Assembly: GCA_918797485.1 (NCBI GenBank)
Contig: CAKKNE010000003.1
Span: forward strand, 2,418,001 to 2,482,000
DNA length: 64,000 bases
DNA from: Pelagomonas calceolata
Lineage: Eukaryota
Reading direction: 5' to 3'
Below the pieces are notes generated by a model. That model searched no databases and had not been told where the DNA came from. It saw nothing but the letters and a program-made list of their open reading frames with translations. Below, piece by piece: positions 9,710 through 21,266 of this stretch. The translations under genes and the position numbers were made by a program. Position 1 is the first letter of the stretch, and each line of letters starts with the position of its first letter.

Positions 9710-11758
9710 ATGGCGCTCGCCGACGACGCCGTCACCCTGAAACTCGACGGGCTCATCGGCTTCTCGGGAGACGTGCCCGGCGGCCTCAAAGTTGTCAGGA
9801 GCCCGAACCTGCCGGGCGACCGCGAGTGGCTCGTCTACCCGCTGGGCTCGCAAGTCGTCGTGCGGCAGTCGGGGACGTCGCGGGGCAAGTCGAATCTCAC
9901 GTTCCTCACGGGCCACAACGACGACGTGAGCTGCGTCTGCGTTTCTCGAGATGGGAGGACGCTCGTGACGGGCCAGACGGCGGTCCAGGGGGTGATGTCG
10001 GATGTCTTAGTCTGGGATTTGGCCGAGGCCTGCGAGTGTGCTTTGAGTGGTGATTCGCAGGGCGGCGAACGCGCTCTCAAACATCGCCTGAGGCAGCACA
10101 AGTCCGGCGTCCAGGCCGTGGCCATCAACTGCAACGACACCTTTTTAGCGACGTTGGGCGGTAGAGATGACAACGCTCTGGTGATTTGGGATTTAGATTC
10201 GGGAGAAGCGATCTGCGGCCAACCGGCGGCCGCCGAAAGTGGCTTGGCCATGGCTTGGTTGAGAGAAAACCCCGATCGAGTCGTGACCTGCGGCGCGCGC
10301 CACCTACGGGTCTGGGTCGTCGACGTGTCTTTACCCAAGCTCCATCCGATGGACGCGATAACTGGTGCCCTGAAGAGAATCATGATCTCCGTCACGATCG
10401 GGAGTGGCGACGAGTTCGCTTACGTGGGGACGACGACGGGAGAAGTCCTGAAGTTCTCCATCGATAGAGATGGGATCCAGGGCCCGAACGACCCCGACCG
10501 CACGAGACCGCGCTACCGCGAGATTTCTAGAGCTAAATGTAGTCAAGGCGTGACCGCTATTATGCTCCTGATTAATCCGGACAACGGCCGAGACACGATT
10601 GTCGTCGGTGGTGGTGATGGTTCCATCGCTTTATTCTCCGAGAATTTGAAACCGATCGGGGGCAAAAAAGAAACTTTAATGGGTGGCGTGACGTCCATTG
10701 CGGCGTCGGAAGATGATGCGGACGTGTTCACGGCGTCTACGGTCGAAGGTAATAGATACCGCATTGCCGTGAAGCCCTGGCAGGCGGACCTGATGACTAC
10801 TGCTCATGTGGGCGTCGTGAAGGATTGTTGCTTCGCGCCGAATTTCAGCGGTATTTTCGTCACTTGTTCGGCGGGCGGCGACATCAGAGTCTGGAACACG
10901 CAGAAACGCGTCGAGTTGTTGAGAATCAGAGTGCCCAACCTCGAATGTAACGCTATATTAGTTAGCAGTGGAGGCGATTCCATCATTTCAGGATGGTCCG
11001 ACGGTCGTGTTAGAGCTTTTCTGCCAGAAACAGGTAAGTTAAAGTTCGTCATCAACGACGCGCACACGAAGTTACCCAATGATAAGGACAACAACGGCTG
11101 CACCGCGCTCGCCATCGTGCCCAACGAACGACCTTCGGGTAGCTACGTGCTCATGACGGGCGGTGGCGACGGGAGAGTGCGAGCCTGGCGCGTCACCTCA
11201 TCCCACCAGGCCATGCTCTTCTCGATCAAGGACCATAGGAAGAGTGTGACTGCCATCAAAGTCGCTCCCGATGGGCAGACGGCCATCTCCGCTTCCGCCG
11301 ATGGTTCCTGCCTCTGCTTCGAGCTCGATCCCGCGCCGGGCGCGCCTCCACTCAAGAGATTTTCGTTGTTGGAGTCGAACATCTTTTGTGATGTGGCGTG
11401 GCACCCCGACGGGACCGGGTGCTTGACGGCCGGTAGCAACTTCAAGCTGACGTACTGGGACGGGTTGGATGGGGAGAACGTCCGATGTGTGGACGGGTCG
11501 CACACGGCGTGGATGACGACGCTGGACGTCGACCCCGAGCACGGCGCGTACTACGTGACGGGAAGTGGCGACTCCACGGTGAAGGTCTGGTCCTACGACG
11601 AGGGCGTGGCGACGGCCGAGGGCGTGGCCCACTCGAAAGCCGTGAACGCCGTGCGCATCTCGCCGGACCAGAAATGCGCCGTCAGTGTTGGAGACGAGGG
11701 CGCCGTCGCGGTCTGGTCGTTAGTCGGGGCGAAGCCCGGCGACATGGCCCAGGACTGA
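9710..11758 (+). CDS. CFAP52: Cilia- and flagella-associated WD40 protein 52 (WDR16)
   Basis: LKLDGLIGFSGDVPGGL, YPLGSQVV, FLTGHNDDVSC, LGGRDDNALVIWD, ELLRIRVPNLEC, GWSDGRVRAFLPETGK, VKVWSYDEG. Confidence 0.9.
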   Translation: MALADDAVTLKLDGLIGFSGDVPGGLKVVRSPNLPGDREWLVYPLGSQVVVRQSGTSRGKSNLTFLTGHNDDVSCVCVSRDGRTLVTGQTAVQGVMSDVLVWDLAEACECALSGDSQGGERALKHRLRQHKSGVQAVAINCNDTFLATLGGRDDNALVIWDLDSGEAICGQPAAAESGLAMAWLRENPDRVVTCGARHLRVWVVDVSLPKLHPMDAITGALKRIMISVTIGSGDEFAYVGTTTGEVLKFSIDRDGIQGPNDPDRTRPRYREISRAKCSQGVTAIMLLINPDNGRDTIVVGGGDGSIALFSENLKPIGGKKETLMGGVTSIAASEDDADVFTASTVEGNRYRIAVKPWQADLMTTAHVGVVKDCCFAPNFSGIFVTCSAGGDIRVWNTQKRVELLRIRVPNLECNAILVSSGGDSIISGWSDGRVRAFLPETGKLKFVINDAHTKLPNDKDNNGCTALAIVPNERPSGSYVLMTGGGDGRVRAWRVTSSHQAMLFSIKDHRKSVTAIKVAPDGQTAISASADGSCLCFELDPAPGAPPLKRFSLLESNIFCDVAWHPDGTGCLTAGSNFKLTYWDGLDGENVRCVDGSHTAWMTTLDVDPEHGAYYVTGSGDSTVKVWSYDEGVATAEGVAHSKAVNAVRISPDQKCAVSVGDEGAVAVWSLVGAKPGDMAQD

Positions 11759-12160
11759 AGAAGAATTGCCCTTCTCCCCCGGGGGTAAGCATGACCATTT
11801 CAAGTTCGGTACCTATCGCCTCTAGTACGCCACCGGCACGCCGTCGCAGCGCGTCGCCGGGGCGTCTTCGGCAGGGTACTTCGGTGCGATTGATCCCGCC
11901 CGTCGCAGAACCGCTGAAGGACCGTGCCAGGAGCCCCCGGAAGTCTGCGCTGGGGCGGCCACCCCGCACGAACTCAGAGGGCTTGCAAGCTTGGCGGCGC
12001 GGCGCCTGCGCGCGGCTCATTTATCGTCGCGGCGCGTCACGAAACCGCCTCGTTACTGCTGTAAGCGCTGCGAGCAGAAAATTCCATCAATAGGGCTGCC
12101 CATTTTTTGCACTGCGAGCGGCAGCAGCGGCGCAACTCCGGCGCGCAGACCACCAATACT

Positions 12161-13528
12161 ATGGGCAGGACCCGAAGCAGGGGCCGCAAGCACCCGCGCC
12201 GGCGCAACTGCTCGGCGGCCTGCTGCCTGCTGCCCTTCACGCCTTTGTTGGGTTACTGGTACTGGTACTACCGCGGCCCGCACCGCCACCACATCCACCA
12301 ACAAAGACTCAGGGGCATCACCGCGCACTCCCACCGCAACACGTCCGTGCTCTTCGAGCAGGACCATACTTACCGTAGAAAGCCCTTCGCCGTCGCTACA
12401 CTACTAACAACAGCACCTTCCGCAAAAAACGACGGCTGGACGCCTCGCAGCGTCGGCAAGAAAGAACAAGGAGACATGTGTCCTAGATCGAAGGCGGTCT
12501 GTGCGGTGTTGGTGCTGGCGGACTCGGTACGACGCTTGGGTGGGTTGGGTGACACCTATGATTTCGTCGCTCTTGTCGATAGGGAGACGCCCCTACCATT
12601 GTATGAATCACTGGTCAAACATAACATTGTCATAGAGCAGATGCTGTTCGGGCCGCATAGACATGTCTTCGACTCGTATTTATTGTTGCGGAAGTTATAT
12701 ATCTTCAAGATGGATCAGTACCTTCGCGTGTTATTGCTGGACATCGATGGTGTGGTAACTGGAAGTTTACGATTTCTCTTCGAGGCACCTCTCCAATGCG
12801 ACAAGAAGCTCATCGCCCCATCCACCGACAGGTACGGCGCCTGTAACGTGGTAGACCACCATATCACGTGCCAGCAGGGCAACCATGCGGAATTAATTGC
12901 GCAGCAGACGTCGGGCACTCCCGTATTAACGGCTTATTTGCTGGCCGTGCCCTCGAAAGATACGTTCTACGACATCGGCCAGGAACTAGACAAGCTGTGT
13001 GGTGGGCATAGAGTTTGTGATCGGAAACGGATCCATAGGGTGGGGTGGGGCGACCGAAGTCAACCGCATAATTGGGCCACACGAAATAGTGAAGAGGAGC
13101 CGTCCTGGGCGTCGATGGGCGCCGGTTTTAGTGATCAGGGCTTCGTCGAGTACTTTTTTGGCCTGGAACGGCGGACCGCGAAGCTCGTGTCGAAGTGGAG
13201 CTGTCCTCGAAGACTACATTATTTACACTTCAACGTGCCCCCGAAGCCCTGGCAGTGCCCCGACTCGCCGAAATGCGATTCTGGTATTGCCATGTCCTGG
13301 GACGCGCCGAAGGAAACTAGAAGTTTTGGCGGCCACCACTGCGCCAAGGACTGGTGGTGGCAGTTTGCTGCGGCCCGCCCCCGGTTGAAACCATTTGGAT
13401 GTGCGGCGCACTGCCTGCGGGCGTTGGATGCGTCCTCGGAAAAGCTGAACATGAACTGGCACGGCTACGCGTCCATGCCGCGCTGCGACCACCTCTGGGA
13501 GGACCCCTATTCCGCGGGAGGCGATTAA
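12161..13528 (+). CDS. Type II membrane glycosyltransferase, GT8-like
   Basis: N-terminal hydrophobic segment, VLVLADSVRR, KLYIFKMDQYLRVLLLDID (DxD), SDQGF, HFNVPPKPW. Confidence 0.7.
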   Translation: MGRTRSRGRKHPRRRNCSAACCLLPFTPLLGYWYWYYRGPHRHHIHQQRLRGITAHSHRNTSVLFEQDHTYRRKPFAVATLLTTAPSAKNDGWTPRSVGKKEQGDMCPRSKAVCAVLVLADSVRRLGGLGDTYDFVALVDRETPLPLYESLVKHNIVIEQMLFGPHRHVFDSYLLLRKLYIFKMDQYLRVLLLDIDGVVTGSLRFLFEAPLQCDKKLIAPSTDRYGACNVVDHHITCQQGNHAELIAQQTSGTPVLTAYLLAVPSKDTFYDIGQELDKLCGGHRVCDRKRIHRVGWGDRSQPHNWATRNSEEEPSWASMGAGFSDQGFVEYFFGLERRTAKLVSKWSCPRRLHYLHFNVPPKPWQCPDSPKCDSGIAMSWDAPKETRSFGGHHCAKDWWWQFAAARPRLKPFGCAAHCLRALDASSEKLNMNWHGYASMPRCDHLWEDPYSAGGD

Positions 13529-13586
13529 TGTAATACTAACACGCACGGGGACAGGGGGTAGGCGCTGCTCTCACGCGGGGCGCGCT

Positions 13587-15537
13587 CTAGGCAATGGTGC
13601 AGAACGAAGAGGACTTCTTGGGCGCCGCCTTCTCCTGGTACTGCAATAACCACACAACCTCCTCCTGGTACTTCGTTTCGCTGACGTACAACCAGGACGC
13701 CTCCGGGAACATGCCTGGATCCACCACAATATCCGGTAAATCGGGGAACGTCCCAATTTCATCAGGATCTTCCACATTCAGCGAGTTGCCCGGGGCGAAG
13801 GGCGGCGCTTCTTGTGAGCCCTCGATCGTGTCGGGGTCCGGGTCGTTGCGTAGGACCGACCAGTTGAGTGAGGAGAAGAACGCGTGCGCCGCGACGTTCT
13901 TACAGAGTCGTTGCTCGGGATCTTTCTGCAGCAACTTTGATAGTAAGTCCTTCAACTCACCAGAAAAGTAGGGAGGGTACTCCACACTCATCTCGAGCGT
14001 CGCTTGATTGGCCGACGCGACCGCGTCGCCCTCGTACGTCTTCCGCGCTTCCGCCGTGCGAAAGGGCGACGTCCCACTTACAAGCTCATAGAGCAGGCAC
14101 CCGAAGGACCACCAGTCGACCTCCGTCCCGTACTTGTGACCCTGGAGCATCTCGGGCGCGAGGTATCCCGGAGTACCAGCTACACCCTTTTGAGGTATCA
14201 AAGCCGCCAAGCCCAGGTCCGACAAACGACAACGACCGTCGCCATCGACCAGAATGTTCTCGGGCTTCAGGTCGCGATAGACAAACCCCGCGTCATGTAA
14301 TGCCTCGAGGCCGAGCAACGTCCGTGCCGCGTAGTACCGCGCCGCTTCCTCCGGGAATCTTCTGGAAGGTGCTCTGTCTAGATGAAATGATAAATCCCCA
14401 CCAGTCATCAGATCCAGCACCAGACACAACGCTGACGAACTTTGAAAGGCGTAAATCAACGACACGATGAACGGCGAGTCCGCAACCACAGGATGCGTCA
14501 GACACGCATGCTCGGCGTCACACAAAACTTTAGCCTTCTTCTTCGTGACGTGCTTCAGGTCCATCTCCTTGAGGGCGTACATCTTGCCCGTCCGCAGCGT
14601 CTTGCAGCCCTTCACCAAACCAAAGCCGCCCTTGCCCATGACTCGGATGGTCTCAAAGTCCTCTTCACAAGGTTTGGCTTCGACCTGGGTCTTGAGGTAC
14701 CCTAGGTAGGCGTAGAGGTCCGGGTTCGCGTCTCTACACAAAAAGCAGGGTAAAGCTACTTTCTCGCAGAACGCGAGCATGAGGTCCTCGATTATGTTGA
14801 ATTGGTCTTGGAACGGCGCGTCCTTGGCGATCAACGAGGCGCCGTGGACGAGGGGCAGCTTGTCCCTGCGTGGTTTTATGTTTGCCGCGTCGCGTCGACG
14901 GCGTGCGGTGGGAGCGTCTCGAAGCGCGGCCCGAGACGCCATCGACGCGGCACGCGCGACGACGCGCGACGCCATCGACGCGGGACGCAAATGAGTGTTG
15001 TACTGTCGAGACGCCGCGCCGGTACCGCGAAATAATCGACGTCTCCCGCCGGAAGGACGGCGCCTTCGACGGCCGCGCCAAGCGCCCTTCGAGGCCCAAT
15101 AAGGCGGCATCCTGCACGTGCGTCTTGTACAGCGTCGCGTCCGCCGTAGAAGGCCGCGGCGCCCTCCTCAGATCGCAGGGCAGGTCCCGTTCAACACGCG
15201 CGTCGTTGCCGAAGTAGGTACCCATGATGGACTCATAAAGCGCCGCGTCGTTCTTCGTTTTGAGGAGAGCGACATCAACTAAGAAGTGCGCCGCCGCCCG
15301 CACCGCGCCGCCGCCCTGAACAAACGTCGAGGCCCACCGCGAGAACATGCGCAGGCCCAACGGCCCCTTCAGGATCGCCTCCATGGTCAATAGACCGGCG
15401 TCGTCGGCGCGGCCCAGGAAGGCGTCGAGCTCCTCACATGAGTGCTGGGGGAAGGCGCACTGCGGGCTCGGCTCGGCGCAGCCGCTCAGCGCGTCGGCGA
15501 GGTTCACCGTCGTCGCGAAGTCGTCGATGCCCATCAT
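13587..15537 (-). CDS. GRK-like AGC Ser/Thr kinase with N-terminal RGS-homology region; exons 15537-15026 and 14865-13587
   Basis: GKGGFG, YALK, YRDLKPEN, the GRK-typical SDLGLA (DLG), GTPGYLAPE. N-terminal EAILKGPLGLRMFSRW resembles RGS helices. GT-AG intron 14866-15025 joins the two frames (IISR/DKLP). Confidence 0.85.
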
Positions 15538-15948
15538 GGTGCCTTGTGACGGCAGCCCGCGGGCCGCTGTTTCGGCTTATGTACCTTGTGGGCAGCCTCG
15601 TTGTCGAGGCTAGTGGCGCTATCGTTGCATGGCGATGATTCTTGTGTGGGGTTTCGGGATTGCTGTGTCGGGCGAGGACTCTGTCCGGGCACGGTTTCTA
15701 GTGTCTTGCATGCCGCTAGCCCTCGATTCTGAATCGCGCTGCGCGCTTGCTATCTCTGGCGCGAGCTGCTGATTCGCTTGCTGATTCGCTGTTCTAATCA
15801 CCGCACCAGCACGCCGCTTGAGTTTCACGCGCTGGCGTAGCCTACCTGGCAAGACAGCGAGCCAGCCACCCCTTTGCCGCACCGCGCGTACCCGCAGCGG
15901 TGCGCGCCGGCAGCTAGAACTGCGTTCAACAACACCTAAACACGTAAA

Positions 15949-17403
15949 ATGAGCGAGCGCACGCATTTGAAAGTGGACACGAGCCAAGTGCCCGACGCGG
16001 GCAGCACCGAGTCGCTCCGCAATTTAGGCGGCCAGGACACGCCGTCGACGCGCGAGAAGAAGCGTCGGTGGAGGAAGAAGTTACTGTATCTCGTAGCAGC
16101 AAAGCAGTTCCTCGAGCAGAAGAAGCTCCAGCCTCTAGGTTGGAAGGCCGGGTCGATGGCATTGATCAAGAGCACGTGGCTGAATTGGTTATTTCTGTTT
16201 GTAGTCGTGCTACCCTTCGTCCAAGGGAGAGAAGGCGCGCGCTTCGCGTTTGGTTCGATCGCGCTGCTACCTTTGGCTACTTTACTAGGTGATGTGACGG
16301 AAAAAGTAGCTTATCACACGACAGACACCATCGGAGGCTTGTTGAATGCGACCTTCGGCAACGCCACGGAGGTCATCGTGTCTATATTTGCGATGCGGCT
16401 CGGGTTGATCGACGTGGTCCAGTCGTCATTACTAGGCTCGGTACTCTCAAATATGCTCCTGGTGTTAGGAACGGCCTTCGTCGCGGCGGGCATGAAGAAA
16501 AAAGTAGCCAAATTCAACCGATTGGCGGCGTCGGCGAACACTTCATTACTGCTAGTGGTTGTTCTGGCTATCGCGGTACCCGCCGTCCTCAGCGCGTCCC
16601 AAGAGATCGAAAAACCCGAACTCAAGGCCTTCTCCCACGGCGTCGCCGTCATCATGTTGCTACTATATGGCCTCTACCTCTTCTTCCAGCTGTCGTCGCA
16701 CGCGTACATCTTTGAGGACGACGAGGACGCAAGCCCGAAGTCTCCCAGCCGAAGGGCGCGCGGCGAGGCCGGCTTCCAGCAGGTCGTGCTGGCGGCGGCG
16801 CACGCCAATAGGTTACCGCCCTTCGACGGGTCCTATCCCGAGTTGGAAGAAGATGACGACGACGAGTTCGTGTTGGCGCCGAACGTGGCCATTGCGTGGT
16901 TAGCTTTGTTGACTCTATTGATATCGTTACTCTCGAAGGTCATTTGCGACGCGATCGAGGGGGCAGCGTTAGCTTGGAATCTGCCGAGGGCCTTTGTGGG
17001 ATTTGTGCTCCTACCGATCGTGGGCAACGCCGCCGAGCACGCCACGGCCATCGGCATGGCCTACCGCGAGAAGCTCGACCTAGCCATCGCCGTCGCTCTC
17101 GGTTCGTCGACGCAGATCGCCTTATTCGTCATACCACTCATGGTCGTCATCGGCTGGCTCCTACCAGGCTTGGATAACGACATGACCTTGGACTTTCCTC
17201 CGTTCGAGACGACGGTGACGATGCTGTCGGTTATTATCGTCGCGTTTCAAGTCCAAGTGGGGGAGGTCACGTACTTGTCGGGCTTCGTGCTGGTGGTCGC
17301 CTACGTGATCATCGCGCTGAGCTTCGTGTATTTACATAGGAAAGTGGAGATGATCCCGGTGCCGGGCGACCCCGTGCGGCGCGCCCTCCGCGGGTCTTAT
17401 TGA
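15949..17403 (+). CDS. Ca2+/H+ antiporter (CAX family)
   Basis: Alpha repeats GGLLNATFGNATE and LPIVGNAAEH, LGSSTQIAL, acidic central loop. Confidence 0.93.
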   Translation: MSERTHLKVDTSQVPDAGSTESLRNLGGQDTPSTREKKRRWRKKLLYLVAAKQFLEQKKLQPLGWKAGSMALIKSTWLNWLFLFVVVLPFVQGREGARFAFGSIALLPLATLLGDVTEKVAYHTTDTIGGLLNATFGNATEVIVSIFAMRLGLIDVVQSSLLGSVLSNMLLVLGTAFVAAGMKKKVAKFNRLAASANTSLLLVVVLAIAVPAVLSASQEIEKPELKAFSHGVAVIMLLLYGLYLFFQLSSHAYIFEDDEDASPKSPSRRARGEAGFQQVVLAAAHANRLPPFDGSYPELEEDDDDEFVLAPNVAIAWLALLTLLISLLSKVICDAIEGAALAWNLPRAFVGFVLLPIVGNAAEHATAIGMAYREKLDLAIAVALGSSTQIALFVIPLMVVIGWLLPGLDNDMTLDFPPFETTVTMLSVIIVAFQVQVGEVTYLSGFVLVVAYVIIALSFVYLHRKVEMIPVPGDPVRRALRGSY

Positions 17404-17830
17404 GCCGGGCCCGGCTCCCAAGTATAACTATGATGTTGAACCAACTTAGTGTTTCTGTTGCGGTGCTAGGACTCGTGGGCGGAGCGACGGCGCGCCGGTC
17501 GCGGTTTTCTCGGGAACGGCCGATCCTGCGTGTGATCCGGCTCCGAGCCGTCGGGCGGCGCCGGGAGACTTCCCAGGGGGCCCGGACACGTCGCGGGCCG
17601 AGCGTGCGGGGCGCGAACCTTGTCATTCTCATCAGCTTTTGGATCCAAAAGCATTCGCGAGCGGCGCACAAATCGACGCGAGCCGCTGCCTCTGCCACCC
17701 GGCCGAAGCCATGCGGCCACAGGGCGAAGCAATTGCCACCGGGATTCTCGGTACGCGTGATGGGCTGGCTCAGCCAGGTGAGTTTGCAGCAAGTGCCACA
17801 GGGCTGCCCCGGTAGACCGCAGCGCCCGTG

Positions 17831-18916
17831 ATGGCCGCCGAAGCGCCTGCCGCCGCCGACGCGACCCGCGAAGAAGTGAAGGCCGCCGAACCGCCTGCCG
17901 CCGCCGACGCGACCCGCGATGCCGAGCAGCCGCCTGCAACCGGGTCGAGCGGGACCGCGGCCCTCGAGGCGTTGAAGGACCTGCCGCCCGGTATCAATGG
18001 CGTGGCCCTCGGCTGCGCGGCCTTCGCCAACTTACTGCATGTGCTCTACCCGAACCCTGTAGTGGTCGTCGCCGCCTCAATGTCAGCAACGTTATGGCTC
18101 CTCTTCCTCGCGTCGAGACTGGCCGCGCCGCACCGTATCCTCGAGGAGGCCGCGAAACCGCGCGCGTTTTTCACGTATGGCGCCTGGGAGATGGCCTTCG
18201 CGTTCTCCTGGGCGCGGCTGCTACTACCCTGCGAGTTTGGAGCCTACGCCGCCGGCTTGCTCCAGCTCATTGTGATGATTGTCTTCCTAAAAACCTGCTG
18301 GAAGGAGGGCGCGGCGCCGGAGCCGTACTGGAACCCCGTGTGCATGTCGTGTGCCGCCACTACCATCGTCGCGGCGCCGTGCCTGGGCGCCCGCCACTGG
18401 CTGCCCATGGGGTCGTTCGCGCTTGCTCTTCTGATCTGCGTCATAATAGCGCCGCCGGAGGCGTATGCCGTTTTACGGGATGTAAAAGTGAGCCCCCACG
18501 CGGACGTGGCTTTACTTGCGGCGCCGTGCAGCATCTCGGCGGCAGCCTTTGCGGCGATGAAGGCGTCACGGGAGATTGTCTTGTGGACCCCGGCCTGGGA
18601 CGCCTGGGTCGGCGGCGTCCTCGCGGGCCTTGCGACGCTCTACGCGTTTTTTACCGTCTGCGCGGTCGGGCGGCGCCGCGCCACCATCAAGCCCTTCTCG
18701 CTCGTCTGGGCCACGATGACCTTTCCCTCGGCCATCACCTGCGTCGTCTGGCTCCAGTACGCCCCCAACGTGTACTTGCTCTGGGCGGCGCGCGCCGTCG
18801 CGGTGGTCGATCTTGTATTTATCTTCGCGGTCGTGGCCGGGTGCGGGCGCCTCGCCGTCGACGAGTGGCGGAAGCGGCGGGCTGCTCCAGAATTATCGTT
18901 GAGTCGTGTTGTGTAA
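17831..18916 (+). CDS. TDT/SLAC1 (TehA-like) membrane transporter
   Basis: About 10 hydrophobic segments with FSLVWATMTFPSA resembling the WAxTFP motif; duplicated N-terminal AAE(A/P)PAAADATR. Confidence 0.7.
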   Translation: MAAEAPAAADATREEVKAAEPPAAADATRDAEQPPATGSSGTAALEALKDLPPGINGVALGCAAFANLLHVLYPNPVVVVAASMSATLWLLFLASRLAAPHRILEEAAKPRAFFTYGAWEMAFAFSWARLLLPCEFGAYAAGLLQLIVMIVFLKTCWKEGAAPEPYWNPVCMSCAATTIVAAPCLGARHWLPMGSFALALLICVIIAPPEAYAVLRDVKVSPHADVALLAAPCSISAAAFAAMKASREIVLWTPAWDAWVGGVLAGLATLYAFFTVCAVGRRRATIKPFSLVWATMTFPSAITCVVWLQYAPNVYLLWAARAVAVVDLVFIFAVVAGCGRLAVDEWRKRRAAPELSLSRVV

Positions 18917-19238
18917 TCGCGTTCGTTTGTCTCTTTTTTTTTCCCGTGTTTTTGGGTTTTGCTGGCTGCGAGGCGTCTTAGTACGTGCATATGGGGTGAG
19001 AGGAGTCCCTCGAGAGGTGCTTGGGCAGGGTGGCTCGATTCTTGTCGGAGTGGTAGGCCAGTGCCATCCTCGGATCGAGCCTCCGCCGCGGCCGCGGTGC
19101 GGTCCGAAGACAAGAAGAGCTGTGATTCGGGCCCTCTGTGACCTGTTATCAAAAGCCAGCCGAAACGCGGCGATCGCGCGAGCTCCAGAGCTCAGGATTC
19201 ACAAAACCGTCCAGCAGACAATTTGTTAATACGCGCGC

Positions 19239-19622
19239 ATGGCCGTACCTACGCTTTTCGCGAGCCGCCTCGCAACAATCATGGGCCGCCGCGGCGCCAA
19301 GAAACTCGTCGCTGGGACGCGCGCCGTCCGCGGCGCGTCGGCGGCGGTCCTTGGCGCCCGCGCGCTCTCGAAGGGCGCGTCGTCCCGCGCGCACTCGACG
19401 GCCGCGTCGCACGAGGCGCCGTTCTGCCTGGCCAGCCCGCCACCGGCCGACCCGGAGGCGCTCCGCAGCCGCTGGCGCGAGGAAGCGCTGAGCCTCCTCG
19501 CGACGCCGTCGACGTCTCCGGACGACGACCGGAGCCGCTGGCGCGAACAGTGCCTCGCCATCGCGGGCGGCGCGGAGGCGCCGCCGCGCGACTCGCACGA
19601 GCTCGGCGGCTACTTCTCCTGA
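19239..19622 (+). CDS. Hypothetical small protein
   Basis: ATG-initiated 127-aa ORF with GC3-rich codons and a repeated RSRWRE motif; no family recognised. Confidence 0.45.
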   Translation: MAVPTLFASRLATIMGRRGAKKLVAGTRAVRGASAAVLGARALSKGASSRAHSTAASHEAPFCLASPPPADPEALRSRWREEALSLLATPSTSPDDDRSRWREQCLAIAGGAEAPPRDSHELGGYFS

Positions 19623-19998
19623 GTCGCCGCGTTGTCCCTCCCGCTTTTCTGTGTCCGACGGCTCTAAGCATAGCTACTGTTCTTTTTTGATGATCAACGC
19701 GACGAGTGCCACCTGCGATTGAGGCGACGTCGTCATCAGCCCGCGGTCTGCTCGTTTGCTAGTGTCTTACATGCCGCTAGCCCTAGCGTTCAAGCTTTCG
19801 CAGGCCAGCCTGCTCCACTATCCAGCTTCCAGCCGGAAGCGCAAGCGGAGAGGCTCTTATTTGTGCCTGTCCTCGCTGCGAGACATCGAAGAAGCGGCGC
19901 GAACGCGTCCTATAGCCAAAACCCAGGAGGCCCTCTGCCAGCGGATACGAAGTCCCTGCGCGCGCACGCCGTCAGAGACCACAAAAAGGCGTCTGACC

Positions 19999-20688
19999 AT
20001 GCGCCTGCTCTACCACCTAGCGCTGCTGCTCGGCGCCGCCGCCGGCGACCACTACCACACGCTCGGCCTGCGGCGGCGCGCGTCGCAAAAACAAATTAAG
20101 AAGGCGTACCGCGACCTCGCGAAGCAGCATCACCCGGACAAGGGCGGCGACCCCGAGAAGTTCGCCGCCGTGGCCGCGGCGTACGAGGTCCTGGGCGATG
20201 AAGTGAAACGAAGACGCTACGACAATGAGAGAATAGGCGCGCAGCACGGCTTTGGGGGAGGCGGCGGCTTCCACGCGGACCCGCCGGGCTTCCACAGCTA
20301 CCGGCCGCAGCAGCGGTTTGTGTTTGTACGAAGAAATGGGAGGATGTACCGCGTGCCGCTCGACGACTACGATAATTTCGAGCGAAGTTATCAAGCGCAA
20401 GGATTGGATTCGAGCGTCTCGCTGCAGATGGTCGCGCTTGGATTATTAGCGGCGTTCTTCTACTTCTCGTCGGCGGTCGCGGCGGACGTGAACGGGACGG
20501 GCGTGCCCCAGCGGCGGCGCGGCGGCTACGAGGCGGACGAGGACGAGGACGACGACGCGCCGCCACCATTGCTGAACGCGGGGTCGTCCATCCGCCTGCT
20601 CAAGGCCGAGTGCGCGCGCCGCGGCCTGTCCACCGAAGGGTGCGCGGAGAAAGGCGATCTCCTGCGGCTGCTCGGGATACCTGTCTAA
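19999..20688 (+). CDS. DnaJ-domain protein with signal peptide, TM segment and SAP-like C-terminus
   Basis: DHYHTLGL...[19 protein letters not shown]...AYEVLGD; C-terminal [22 protein letters not shown]. Confidence 0.88.
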   Translation: MRLLYHLALLLGAAAGDHYHTLGLRRRASQKQIKKAYRDLAKQHHPDKGGDPEKFAAVAAAYEVLGDEVKRRRYDNERIGAQHGFGGGGGFHADPPGFHSYRPQQRFVFVRRNGRMYRVPLDDYDNFERSYQAQGLDSSVSLQMVALGLLAAFFYFSSAVAADVNGTGVPQRRRGGYEADEDEDDDAPPPLLNAGSSIRLLKAECARRGLSTEGCAEKGDLLRLLGIPV

Positions 20689-20708
20689 GTGAATTGTTGT
20701 TGCATTGC

Positions 20709-21017
20709 TTATGCCCCCGGGCTGCTCGGCGGCGTCTCGCGGGCGCGGAGCGCGGCTTGCGCGCATCGCAGGCATCGCTCAATGTAAGTTGTCAGCGGAT
20801 GGGCGCCGCCGAGCACGCGCCGCGCAGTCCGTTCAATTTCCTCGAGCGTCGTTACAGCCTTTCGGAGATCGTCGAGCGTGGCGGCCGGGTCCTCGTAGAG
20901 CGACCTCGCGTAAATTGCCCGCGTCTTGAGCGTGATCTCATTATTCTCTCCGAGGACACGTCGCGCCACGGGCAACATTATGCGCAACAATGCCTTGGCT
21001 TCTTCGAAGCGCTGTAG
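20709..21017 (-). pseudogene. C-terminal helical-repeat fragment of the MYND-RING family
   Basis: RFEEAKALL...VARRVLGENNEITL...ARRVLGGAHPLT...AALRARETP. Nucleotides 20733-20754 are identical to 32614-32635 in another family fragment. Confidence 0.7.
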
Positions 21018-21266
21018 ATGAAGAAGAGACGACGCGTAAGACGCCGAGCGCCTGGAGCGGGAGCAGGCGCCCTTCCGGCCGTTCCCGCCGCTGTGGATTC
21101 GCTTTTTACGGGTGGTCGCGGCGGCTTTATTCGTGGTGATGATCCAGGCGGACTGGACGCAACGAAAACTGCGCGACTACTTCCTGCGGCCGCTCGCACG
21201 CATCACGAACCGCATGTCACCACGCGGCTACCAGACTTACGACTGGGAGGAGTAATACACAACAAC

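Noticed and set aside
14866..15025. GRK intron as a TIR/TSD introner
   Set aside because: It has the shared internal motif but no convincing TIR or TSD; the same applies to the CFAP61, UBC9 intron 1 and fucosyltransferase introns.
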